In this document: positions 13,182-24,222 of the stretch, one piece after another
Layout: each line of letters begins with the position of its first letter
Position numbering within the stretch: the stretch's first letter is position 1
Source of the DNA: Podarcis cretensis
Lineage: Eukaryota
Assembly: GCA_951804945.1 (NCBI GenBank)
Contig: OX638149.1
Location: 70,866,001-70,930,000, forward strand
Direction: 5' to 3'
Length of the DNA: 64,000 nucleotides
Notes under the pieces: model-generated
The model's input: the letters and a program-made list of their open reading frames with translations, nothing else
Told to the model about the DNA's origin: nothing
Database searches by the model: none
Position numbers and translations under genes: made by a program

Positions 13182-14608
13182 GTAAGTAAAACAATAATAT
13201 AGAAATTTTAATGAGCAAAGAAATAAGCTAAACTAAATCTGTGTTGAAGTCAGTTGGCATTTAGTTAAAGAAAATGTTTGATATTGTATAGTTTGTTGGG
13301 CTTTCTTGAATTAATATGCCAGGCAAGGGGTGTGTTCCTAAATACTGGAATTACTTCTTAAATCTTATGGTACTAGTTGTAATGAACTTGTTAATAGTGT
13401 GGGGAAGATTTAATATGTTTTATATATAAAGCAGCACAACTATCCAGGATAATTCATTAATACTCACAAAATAAATGTTTACTTTCCTTTAGAATAGATG
13501 AGTATATTATATTAATATGCTCACAGTCCTAACATGCATTACTACATGTTTTTCTAGCTTTGGCAGCACTCTGTTTCTTCTGCTTCAAATCAGACAGCAT
13601 TCCCAGACAAAACTTTACCCTTCCCTTAAGAATGTCCCCCCGCCTTCATCAGAAATGGATAGTAGATGTTGTGAATATTGGTGCCAAAGGAAACCTAAAA
13701 TGCAGATTTTCCACCCTGGTGCATAAACATAATTTCCAAAATAACTCTTTCCCCCAATAGCAGTAATGAATAACTGTGTATGAGTTTAGCTGCACAAATC
13801 TTGGAGCTTACTTTGTATTGGAACCCAAAGGCTAATTCAGCTGTCATGTCTTATCTAATTCCACAACAACTTTTGTTCTGGACCCTTATATCATGCAGTA
13901 TAATTGTATTGGCATTGTAATACTGTATATTTTGTACCAGGAGCATCTAAAAGTTCCTTCAGAGGCACACAGCATTCATGAAAAATAAAAATTCTTGTCC
14001 CGAGCACAAGCCAAAGATTTTCCCCTACCAGAGGTCTTTCCAAATTTAAGACCTTGGGAGGTATAAGCATCAATCTGGTCAATGTGGGGTAAAAATGTAA
14101 AATTTTCATCAAGATGTGTAGGCATAGTGGTTGGGGAGAAAGACCACTTGTCCACATGGTTCTGTGACCTGGCTAGCAGAGGGGAAAGCAGTAGTTATGG
14201 GGGGGTGCATGAGAAGTGGATGGTAGTGAAAGAGAGAGTCAGTGACAAGCTTGTGTGAACATGTATGATATCCAATACATGCTTATAGAATTGTAGAGTT
14301 GGAAGGGACCCCAGGGGTCATCTAGTCCAACCCTCTGCAACGCAGAAATCTTGCCCACCGCCATCCCTGGTTGGGCTTAAGCCACTGTTAACATCCAGAC
14401 ACACTGACACATTGCACCACAGTACATTGACTACTTGTCAGACTTACCAAGAAGCTTCACAACTGAACACATCCAAGATGTGTACTGGATTGCTCTCAAG
14501 TTACAAAAAAAAAGCACACTCCTTCCAGCCACTTCGTTACATGCTTCTTAAGAGCACATATGTAGAAAACTAATATCAAAATCAGCCCTTTGCTTGTGGC
14601 TTTTACAG

Positions 14609-14628
14609 TTACTTCAGCCACAGATAAA
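14609..14628 (+). CDS. SBF2: Candidate SBF2 microexon, 20 nt (LLQPQI+aa), in frame only with 14832-14838
   Basis: ACTAAT branch-like motif at 14569, ttttacag| acceptor, |gtaagt donor; no transcript evidence. Confidence 0.55.
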
Positions 14629-14831
14629 GTAAGTTTTCCTTCTCCCTTTCGTTGACTTGCTTTGAAGTCTTATGTCCAGTGCAGAGCTGAAAAGGCATGT
14701 CAGTGCTGCAGCATAAACTGGCTCCCATTTCATGTTGCTTTGTACAATGTGCCATCATTCTGTGTTATGTTGTTCTCTTTCTCTCCTTTCATTTTCTAAC
14801 CTTTTCCTCCCTTTTGGGGGCTCATAAACAG

Positions 14832-14838
14832 TGTTGTG
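14832..14838 (+). CDS. SBF2: Candidate SBF2 microexon, 7 nt (tgttgtg)
   Basis: Long pyrimidine tract 14770-14815 with CTAAC (14796-14800), cag| acceptor, |gtatgt donor, TGCATG at 14873. Confidence 0.55.
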
Positions 14839-15061
14839 GTATGTGAAATTGGACAGATCAAAAATATGAAGCTGCATGACTCTGGAAATATACTTTCTGC
14901 TTGTGTGACTACAGGGTCATCTTTAAACAAAGATATGCAGATTAGGCATGATAGCTGGTGTCAATAATATTATTGCACCTATACTGCAGGTATTACAGGG
15001 ATTATGCAGGGTGGGTGGGTGTTATAATGATTTAAGATGGGATGGATATTGAGCTACATCT

Positions 15062-15292
15062 GGACCAGTGTGGCGTAATGGTTAAGAGTGTTGGACTATG
15101 ACCTGTGAGACAAGGGTTTGAATCCCTACACAGCCATGAAGCTTACTGGGTGATCTTGGGCCAGTCACTATCTCTTAGCCTAGTCTACCTCCCAGGGTTG
15201 TTGTGAGGATGAAACGGAGAGGAGAACCATGCACACGATCTTGAGCTCCTTGGAAGAAAAAGTTAGTACATAAATGTAATAAGTAAGTAAAA
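15062..15292 (+). mobile_element. tRNA-derived CORE/MIR-like SINE
   Basis: tggcgtaatgg A box, gggtttgaatccc B box, ctgggtgatcttgggccagtcac core, cagggttgttgtgaggat. Confidence 0.8.
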
Positions 15293-16279
15293 TATAGGCA
15301 TGTCCTAATTGTCCTGTTATAAAAGGAACAGGTTGCATCTTTCCAGTATAGCAAAACCAGTAAAATGCCAGGAACTTGGCAATTCTAGACAAAGTAATAG
15401 AAGAAGGCACTCTGCCATCTTAGCGTGTCAATAATGTTCCTCTAAATTAGATGGACTATCAAACATGAAGGAAAAGCCATGAACAGGAAAGTTGCTACCA
15501 ATATTAACTGTACTATAGGGAAGCAACAGAGAACAGTGGTAGCAGAATTGGGAAATAGAAGCAGTTGTAGCACATATGCACACTTGAAGCTTTTCCTCAT
15601 ATTCTTCAGAAGTCTAAAAGGCTGATCATACAATTGTAGGTTCCTGCTGCTTTTTCCTTAAAAAATGAGGTTATGTGAAAACAGTTGCCAGTCACCTTTG
15701 CCCTAATTTCTTTAGACTACAATATGTTGTGTCTACGTGCCATCCACTTCGTTTACAGAGAACCACTGTTAGATTTGAAATCTGGCATGTGAAAACATGA
15801 AACTTTTTCAGTGCTATAGGCTATTTATAGCTACACGTGGCTCACTGACTCAAGCACTACAGAAGATTGGACAGTATCATCTGTGCCAGGCAGTTAGTTG
15901 AATGCCAGGCAGTTAGTTCTCAAGCCAATTCATATTCACTGTGAGAACGAGCCAAGAGTTTGCAAGCAGAATGAAATCCTAATGTATATATTAGCTTGTA
16001 AAACTGCAATGAGGAAACAAACAAAAACAATTATACCCACCAACAAGCAGATTAAATTGATGTTGTGTTGAAAGGGCTATAAGTGAATTAGACTTGCCTT
16101 CAGTATCGCTCCATGTTGTGCATTCCTTTTTCTATGGATTCTGTAGGTATGTCAGAAATAGTTTTTTTAAATTTTAAGACCAGCCATGGCCCTGTTCTTG
16201 CACAAGGATCTAATTTCAGATGCAATGGAAAGTAAAGGATAAGATGGGCACGACATTTGGAATGCATTTGGAACATTTC

Positions 16280-16618
16280 GACTGCAATAGGTCTTACCAC
16301 ATTGAGCCGCATGAAATGGAAGTCCATCAACCTCACCAAGAAATAAGACCTATTGCAGTCATTAAGAGTCGTCAACAGGCTCATCACAGCTATCTGCCAA
16401 TCACCCAATCCCACCACCCTTCTGAGTAATACCCCTCCCCACCTTCTCACTATATAGAAGGGTCTGGTGACTTCTGTTTCAGTGTATCTGAAGAAGTGTG
16501 CATGCACACGAAAGCTCATACCAAGAACTAACTTAGTTAGTCTTTAAGGTGCTACTGGAAGGAATTTTTTTATTTTGTTTTGACTATGGCAGACCAACAC
16601 GGCTACCTATCTGTAACT
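16280..16618 (+). mobile_element. Penelope-like element terminal (pLTR) fragment
   Basis: CCAAT/TATA, hammerhead core, tail ttag...taaggtgctactggaaggaatttttt...gactatggcagaccaacacggctacc; 5' boundary uncertain. Confidence 0.75.
16484..16521 (+). ncRNA. Minimal type I hammerhead ribozyme (PLE type), predicted cleavage after C16517
   Basis: GTAT-CTGAAGA-A-GTGTG(CATG)CACAC-GAA-AGCT-C-ATAC: helix I GTAT/ATAC, helix II, palindromic AGCT helix III. Confidence 0.8.
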
Positions 16619-16619
16619 G

Positions 16620-16764
16620 GAACGATGGAGGTGGAGGCGCTCCTTCAGGTATACTGGACCGAGGCCATTTAGGGCTTTAAAGGTCAGCACCAACACTTTG
16701 AATTGTGCTCGGAAACGTACTGGGAGCCAGTGTAGGTCTTTCAAGACCAGTGTTATATGGTCTC
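16620..16764 (-). mobile_element. L2-type LINE ORF2 3' fragment
   Basis: Reverse complement resembles the 48880-49436 LINE sequence (caattcaaagtgttggtgctgacctttaaagccc). Confidence 0.7.
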
Positions 16765-16864
16765 ATATATAGTTTATAGGCAGCCTTTGTCCCCATTCCA
16801 AAAGAACGAAAATAATTTAAAGCCACAGTATAATATTCTACCGTCTAACCATTTTCTCCCCTAG

Positions 16865-17127
16865 GAGATGAATTCTGATGCCCAGGCCCAAGAAAAGACT
16901 GCCATGGACTTAGCTGCTGAGCAGATGCGTCTGTGGCCAACACTTAGTAAAGAGACTCAACAGCAACTCGTACAAAGTGAAGAAAGTATGGTTTTCAGTC
17001 AGGCAATTCATTTTGCTAACCTCATGGTATACCTGCTGGTGCCACTGGACACCAGTAAAAACAAACTCCTAAGAACTTCAGCAACGGGCGACTGGGAGAG
17101 TGGAAGCAATAGCATTGTCACAAATAG
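16865..17127 (+). CDS. SBF2: SBF2 exon, 263 nt ([20 protein letters not shown]...SIVTN)
   Basis: ctag| and |gtgtgt; ORF 16868..17200. Confidence 0.95.
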
Positions 17128-17218
17128 GTGTGTAATCGGGACAACCACATTATTTTCAAATAGAGTGATGTTTATTTTGCTCCAATGTAGATTTAACTGA
17201 TTAGAATTGCTTTTTTAG

Positions 17219-17391
17219 CATTGCAGGCAGTGTTGCTGAGAGTTATGATACTGAAAGTGGGTTTGAGGATTCTGAGAACAATGACATTGCCAATGCTGTC
17301 GTACGCTTCATTACTAGGTTCATAGACAAGGTTTGTACAGAAAGTGGAGTTACACAGGATCACATTAGGAGTCTTCATTGTATGATACCAG
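17219..17391 (+). CDS. SBF2: SBF2 exon, 173 nt ([17 protein letters not shown]...HCMIP)
   Basis: ttttag| and |gtatga; follows a 91-nt intron. Confidence 0.95.
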
Positions 17392-17665
17392 GTATGAAGA
17401 GCTATACTGAAGTCTTGAAATATTTTGAGAGAGAGATATTTTGTACTGTCTGAGAAAAGATATTTTTGAAAAGAGCTTCTTTGTGTGTGTTATTTTCAGT
17501 TGACAATAAGGGTTTGCACTTCTAATTTTAGTCTGTCGCTGTCTACATAGTCATGTGAGAGCCCTATTCTGGGCTTTCTGAAAGCAGTTTTTAGAAGGGT
17601 GGAATTATTTTAGTTTGTTTTCTTCTTGTTATGTTTTGCTCATTTGCGGTGGTGTTTGCTCCCAG

Positions 17666-17739
17666 GAATTGTAGCAATGCACATTGAGACTCTGGAGGCT
17701 GTTCATCGAGAAAGTAGAAGGTTGCCACCAATTCAGAAG
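17666..17739 (+). CDS. SBF2: SBF2 exon, 74 nt ([24 protein letters not shown]), GC donor
   Basis: cccag| acceptor; AAG|gcaagt donor required to join PIQK to PKIL. Confidence 0.93.
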
Positions 17740-18692
17740 GCAAGTATTTTGGACTTTGTTTACACTATTTACATTTTAGGTATATGGCAAGTTTGCTCAG
17801 TTTTCTGTGGGGTTTTTCCCCCTAATATAATTGGGGAGATATTTGGAACATTTAAAAGGATGCTGAAAAATATGAAAAATTCAACAAATAAGCAGCTTGG
17901 CTATAGTTTTGTGAAATATGAACTAGAGAAAAAGTATCAGCCAAACCTCTGAATCAAAATAAGCTGCTGTTGCATGTCCATTGTTGATTTAAGACCTATT
18001 CTTTATCGACCCACTCCCTTTTCCAGTCAAACAGCATCTAAGCAAATAATGCTTTCCCTTTTGGACTGAAGAGGCAAAAACTCTAACCCAGACACTGGGA
18101 ACCTGTGACCCTCCTGCGTTGCTGAACTGCAACTCCCATCACGTTCCCCCCCCCCCCCCGACCATTGGCTATGCTAAGTAGGCAATGTTGGGAGTCCAAC
18201 AATATCTGGAGAACCAGAGATTCCCCACCCCTGCTCCAGCCCATCAGAGCCTTGCATCTTTGCCACTTTTCTAAAAAGATGGAACTTATTTTACTCAGTT
18301 CTTACTCTTATCATAGCTGAAAACCAGTCTGTCCAGTAAGCACAGGGGCAGAGGGATGTTTCTGACCATGAATGGTGATGAGAAATCTGAAAGAGTGCAG
18401 GAAAGCCCTAGGGAGACCAGATAAATGACTATCCGCCCAGCTGGCACACCTTATCCCTTCTATGAATGCTAACAATGTGATTGTTAGTGTGGTATAGTGG
18501 TTAGAGTGTTGGACTAGGGCTCTTTGTTAAGTCCCTTTTCTACAAAATACACCCATTTTTACAATAACCTGTCTTTTACAAACTATAGCTGTAATTCCAG
18601 CTCAATCCTTTTTAGTTTGACACCTGTAGTGTACTATGTGTAACACAGTTTGTGTATATATATATATATATAAATCTTGTCTTTGGGCTCAG

Positions 18693-18888
18693 CCCAAGAT
18701 TCTACGACCAGCTTTGCTACCAGGGGAAGAGTTTGTGTGTGAAGGTCTCCGTGTGCTTCTGGATCCTGATGGCCGAGAGGAGGCAACTGGAGGATTGCTT
18801 GGAGGCCCTCACATTCTCCCTGCAGAAGGAGCTTTGTTCCTTACTACGTACAGAGTTATATTTAAAGGCACACCTCATGATCAACTAG
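18693..18888 (+). CDS. SBF2: SBF2 exon, 196 nt, GRAM region ([13 protein letters not shown]...TPHDQL)
   Basis: ctcag| and |gtatgg; ORF 18636..18992. Confidence 0.95.
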
Positions 18889-20016
18889 GTATGGTCTTCT
18901 TTATGAATGTTAAAATAAATTTTTACTTCAGAACACACTTGAAGCTAACCCGCAGTCCATTTAAGTTGCTTAAAACAAATGTGCCAGAATAGGATCAGTA
19001 TCTATAATTCAACCTTTTGATCGGTATGAATTTCTGTAATCTGCATAGCTAATTAAATAACAAATTATTATAATTGTTCTCATAAGCCTTATTCATGTGT
19101 TCAAAAGAACATGTAAGGGCTTAAACTGGGGAGAACATACATGTCAGGTGCACTCACTGCACCCCAACTTTATCACATTGACTAGGTCTGAAGGGGGGCA
19201 TTTAGGCACATTCAGCTGGACACATTTACAAGCCTTCCTATGATTGGGAACCATGTATTATCTGCCGAATGCACTTAGAAGCCCCCTTCAAACCCTCCCG
19301 CTGAACTTGGAAAGGCTTACAATGGAGTGGGGACACTAGGCATATGGAGGGAACTTGGAGGCAGCATGCACAAGCCTGCTTCTCAGTTTAAGTCCTTTTT
19401 TCCTTTGAATGCATGGATCGGACTGTAATGTGATAGGCTTCATAAAAAAGTTTTCTTGAACTGTCTGGAGCATAGACATAAAGACATATATGTGGAGCAT
19501 AGGTAGATGGATGGATGGATGGATGTGCTTATATGGACAAACAAAAAATGTGATCCAGGAAATTGGTCAGATGCAATTCCCATGTCCACAACTGTTAATT
19601 ATGCATTTCTGGTCTTGAAAGTGATGTAGTCATATCCTTCATTCTCATGCTCATACTGTGGCCTAGAATGCATGTCAAGGTAGAGCATGGTTCAATACAG
19701 CATGCATAATCTGTGTTATCTGGGTTAATGCAGACCTCCTAGACCTGTCCTCCTCCCTTACACCTGGAAATGGAATTTGGCAGCATTTCTCAGGTTTTCA
19801 TAGCATGTGAACCAGAGATTATCATTTATAGCAAACACAAGTCAATTTCAAAACAAGCCAACTTCAAACTTTGGGCTATGGATCAGACTTTTTAGTTTGT
19901 TATAAACAACTATCCTTTGTTCACAAGCAGTAACAATCTGAGATTAAGTGCAAGCAAAGTAAGGTCTCCTGCCAGGAGCCAAAGGCTTGCTTGGGCTCAT
20001 TTCAGCTTATGCACAT

Positions 20017-20777
20017 TGTGAGTCGAGGACCCTCCATGTGCATATTGGTAAAATGAGACACAAGGACACATGTATTTTAGGTTAATGGGCTAAAGTAGGC
20101 CGCAACTTTTATTGGTTACAGCATGCGTGTGGTATTGGCTTAGGCATTAGGTCAAACAACCTATATTTGACCCCACCCATGCAGCAGGGGTCTTTGGAGG
20201 TTAACAAACAGTGGGAGGAGCTTGTTGATGCAAATACAACTTGAAGCTTCCCCTGATGTCACTGGGGGTTGTGCCATGGCCCTAGGCACTGGCAGGGCAT
20301 TGGACAGAATCCACGACCACTGGATTCCTTTAATGGAATACCCAACGAGGGGCAGGGTAGGTGATGGCCAAACCCCACCCACCAACGCACAACACATATC
20401 CCAGTGCCTAACCACCAGTACAATAAAGTTGTGGCGATTTGCTATGAGGTAGGCGAAAAACCAAGAGGCTGGTGCCAATCTGCCAAATGGATAAAAACTC
20501 CTACCAGGCCCCCTGGTCAACCAGGGCAACCAACCAAAGTCCATAGCAAGGTCAAAGCATAAATATGACCTAAAGGGAGGGAGGGCGGGCAGGTGATCCA
20601 ACGACTCCAGGGAAACAGAATGAGGCGCGGGGCTGCTGCGGCCGCCTGAATGCAGCTAGATCTCGCCCCCAAGCCAACCCTATTGGCTGGCCTGGTGGGC
20701 GGGGCGCGGCAGCCGGGTGAGTGATGCAGGGGGCCAAGTACACCCCCCTGCTGACGCGGGAAAGGCTCCCACTCACA
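20017..20777 (-). mobile_element. Solo LTR (761 bp)
   Basis: TGTGAGT...ACTCACA termini, imperfect 4-bp flanks ACAT/ACAC, minus-strand AATAAA at 20108-20113, GC-box-rich U3-like end. Confidence 0.7.
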
Positions 20778-22785
20778 ACACCTCCCCTCTGGGAGGAGGA
20801 GAGGCTTTATGCTAAGCTGTGGTATAGCATGACGTGAAGGTCCTGGTTATAGGTTACAGCTATCTACATTATACTCAGAAGAGACCCATTGAAACTAATG
20901 GACCTAAATTAATCATGTTCATGATTTTAAAGGATCTACTCTGAGTAGGAGAAACATGTTAAAAAGACAAGAGCAACTACTCAAGGATTACCTGGATTAC
21001 TCACATGAATAAAAGTAGATGGATAGATGGATGGTTGGTTGGATGGTGGCAGATATGCACAAATAATATGGAAACTTCATCTTGTGCAGGCAGAAATATT
21101 GAGTACATGACCTTTATTATCATTGGCTACTAGCACAATAGTTATTTTCTGCCTCTGCTGTTGGAGGAAGTAAGTCTCTGAATACCAGTTCCTGGGAATT
21201 AAAAGTGGGGTAAGTGCTGTTGCACTCATGCCCTATAGGCATCTAGTTGGCCACTGTGAGATCAAGATGCTGATGGGCCATTGGCCTAATCTAGCAGGCC
21301 CTTCTTGTGTTCTTATATACAGGATCAAGAAGTTGGTGTTACATGTTTAAACTGAGAAAGTTGTCAATCAGTGTTTTTTGCTTGCATTTGTAGCAGTTGT
21401 AAGTTCTGAATTACAGTTCATTTATCTTATTCCTGGCTAGTTCTGTGGTTCTTATGTGGCTAGTGTTTAACATGAGTGTTAGATATATAGCCAGTGAATG
21501 AGAAATTAGTGAACTGGTTTCTGCAACAACTCAGTGGAAAGTAATTTGAATCTATATAATCCTTCACTTTATTAAAAGAGCAGAAATTTTAAAAATTACA
21601 GTATTTTAAAATGTCATGAGAACAAATAATGTTAACAATTTTTAAAACTGCTATCTTGGGCTGATGAAAAAATAGCAATTATTTATTTAACAATTATCTT
21701 ATTTGTTTAGTGAAAATTGTAACTGTAGCTTTTTGAGGATAAGAATTCTACTTTGAAATCTCTGTGAGTTACATAAAAATAAAGCAGTGTGTTCCAATTA
21801 TTTCTACAGGCTGCAGAAAATAGATATGTAGTGAGAGCGATGCATCAAATATTTTGATGCATCACTTCTTTAGTGCACGCATATTTATTGGGATAATACA
21901 TAGACTTAGTTCTCATTAACATAGTGGTGGCTTGAACCGAAGACTTAAGACACTAGCCAATAAATGCCAGGTTGATGGTCAGCAACTTCTGTATCAGCAG
22001 CAGGTGACAAATCTGATATTATACTGACTTCGCATAATTGATATGACAGTGATACACTAGATACGCCATTTATAATGTTTGGAATTCATGTATAAAAGTG
22101 TGGCCACATGTTAACACTTTTATATAAATGGCTCTTTCCACACAACCGAAAGTGCCCCACAAAACAATTTTCCCTTTTGTTGCAAAACTGTAAACTTTGA
22201 CCCACTGCCACTAGAGCTATGCTTGTCATCCCATAATGTACAACTTTTCTAAATTCATCTTTCTCATGAAGATAGCCAAGTTGCTGAAATTGCAATTGAG
22301 CAATCTCAATTAAGCAATCCTAAACACATTTTTCTTGGGTGTAAGCTTCACTAAACACAGTAGGACTTACTTACTTACTTACTTACATACTTGTAAACAT
22401 ACATATGCTGAATATCTGTCATAATACATTTTAATGTAGTTTGGTGTAATTGAAGGAATAGATGTTACAAGGCATCATGTTGGTTTATTTTTAAAAAAAT
22501 GTTAATGTTAATAAAATAAATCAATTGATTCAGCTTGGTAAGCTGACTGAGGAAGTACATGTTCCTTTTTTTTGGGGGGGGGACTGATAGGCTCTTTAAC
22601 ATGTCATTCATGAAATGAGCTCAATATTTTGATAGACGTTCCAGCTTTGATTATGGCTTTGACTTTGTTGCATCTTTTATGCATCTGTGTAAGACTGATC
22701 ATACATATTGAGTAGAGTATGTAAAATATGAACAGCTCTGATAACTTGAACCGTGACTCAGTGCTCCTCTGACTAATATTCTTAG

Positions 22786-22913
22786 TGGGAGAACAAACTG
22801 TTATTCGGAGCGTTCCCATTGCCTCAATAACTAAGGAGAAGAAAATTACCATCCAGAACCAGCTTCAACAAAGCATGCAGGAAGGGCTACAAATTACCTC
22901 TGCTGTGTTTCAG
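22786..22913 (+). CDS. SBF2: SBF2 exon, 128 nt ([19 protein letters not shown]...AVFQ)
   Basis: cttag| and |gtaaaa; phase 1/0. Confidence 0.94.
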
Positions 22914-23223
22914 GTAAAATAAAGCTGCTTAAAGTTCATAGTTTGTTGGGTTTTTTTGAACACTCTTACTTCCTTCTGCATGTTATATTTACAATATCAC
23001 CAATTCCAAAATAAATCAACTCTCATGTCACTGAACTTTCTACTAAGAAAGTCTGCATATAAAGGCCACAATCAAACACAATTTTAAAAAATGGAGGCAG
23101 CCAATGTTGTTGTTGTCATGTTTGTTCTTTAAAATAAATAAAAAGTGTTGTTGTTGTTGTTTTAAAAAAACTCCCGCACAATTAAGTTAACTTTAAGCCC
23201 TGTTAGTTTAACTAAGGTTTTAA

Positions 23224-23263
23224 GGTATCTGAAGAAGTGTGCATGCACACGAAAGCTCATACC
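23224..23263 (+). ncRNA. Minimal type I hammerhead ribozyme, second copy, predicted cleavage after C23258
   Basis: Core identical to the 16484 copy; helix I GGTAT/ATACC. Confidence 0.8.
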
Positions 23264-23316
23264 AAGAACTAACTTAGTTGGTCTTAAGGTGCTACTGGAA
23301 GGAATTTTTTGTTTTG
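23226..23316 (+). mobile_element. 91-nt Penelope-derived insertion (hammerhead + tail) with 15-bp flanking duplication
   Basis: ACTAAGGTTTTAAGG at 23211-23225 and 23317-23331. Confidence 0.85.
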
Positions 23317-24222
23317 ACTAAGGTTTTAAGGGTTATTATTGTTAACTACCTTGGACATCTTCTGTAGAAAGGCAGAGTATGAATTAATTCAACTGAAAAG
23401 AGAGATCATCTTAAAAAAATGGAAACCATTACAACTATAATAGTTTTTCCTAGGAGCATTCCTTTTAAGGGCCACATCTGGAAAAATAAGCAACTGATGT
23501 TGGCACCACAAAATACTCATTTTGCAGAAGAGAACTGGTGATGCTCAGATTTCTCCCACTGCAACAGACAAAACTCAAAAACAAATAAAACACAGATCCG
23601 AAAAAAGCAAGCACACTCCCCTCACAGCACCAGTGCAAGGCAGATATCTGAGGGCACCATGGTTGGTGACCCTGGGTCTAGGTACACTAGGCAGATGTAC
23701 CAAGAACACTATTTTAATCTTTGTCACTCAATGCATCTGCCTCAAATTTATGACATAAATGTAGAGTAGGCTTTCTTAGCAAAAATCTGGACAATTTTTA
23801 TGCAACATTGGATGTCATTTTCATAAATTAATAAAGTGCCATCGCCTTCATTTAAAAATAGGTTGCCCATGACTTGTTCATAGTACAATAGAGAACTTAA
23901 GCAAAATGCCCATCAAAGAGTGAAAGTATATATGGAATGTATCCATAAACCTGGGCCATAGTTCTGTGGGGTCATGAGTTACTGTACCTGACTTCTGTTT
24001 GCCCACTTTCAGTATTGCCTATTTATTTCCAGGCCTTTTAAGCATGGCAGTTTTTGTCTTCCCTTAGTATTGAAGCACCTTGGTTACAAGACATGCAAAT
24101 AGGCCAGGGGATGCAGTGCCAGTCTCATAAGCAGCTTCTGTAGGAAGGAGCATTTGGGAGAGTCCTGTTCCAGGTTCCCCAAACATACTCTATTATCCTC
24201 CACTCTGTCTCAGCTTTCTGAT

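Noticed and set aside
15884-15918. 16-bp direct repeat TGCCAGGCAGTTAGTT x2 (similar 14-bp repeat at 36085 and 36101)
   Set aside because: Ordinary slippage duplications with no further structure
16100-16519. 139-aa minus-strand ORF
   Set aside because: Antisense to the Penelope terminal repeat; no RT or GIY-YIG motifs
17128-17218. Read-through of the 91-nt intron to TGA at 17198-17200
   Set aside because: Both splice sites are adequate; there is no evidence of retention
20161-20601. 146-aa ORF in the LTR
   Set aside because: No gag/pol/env motifs
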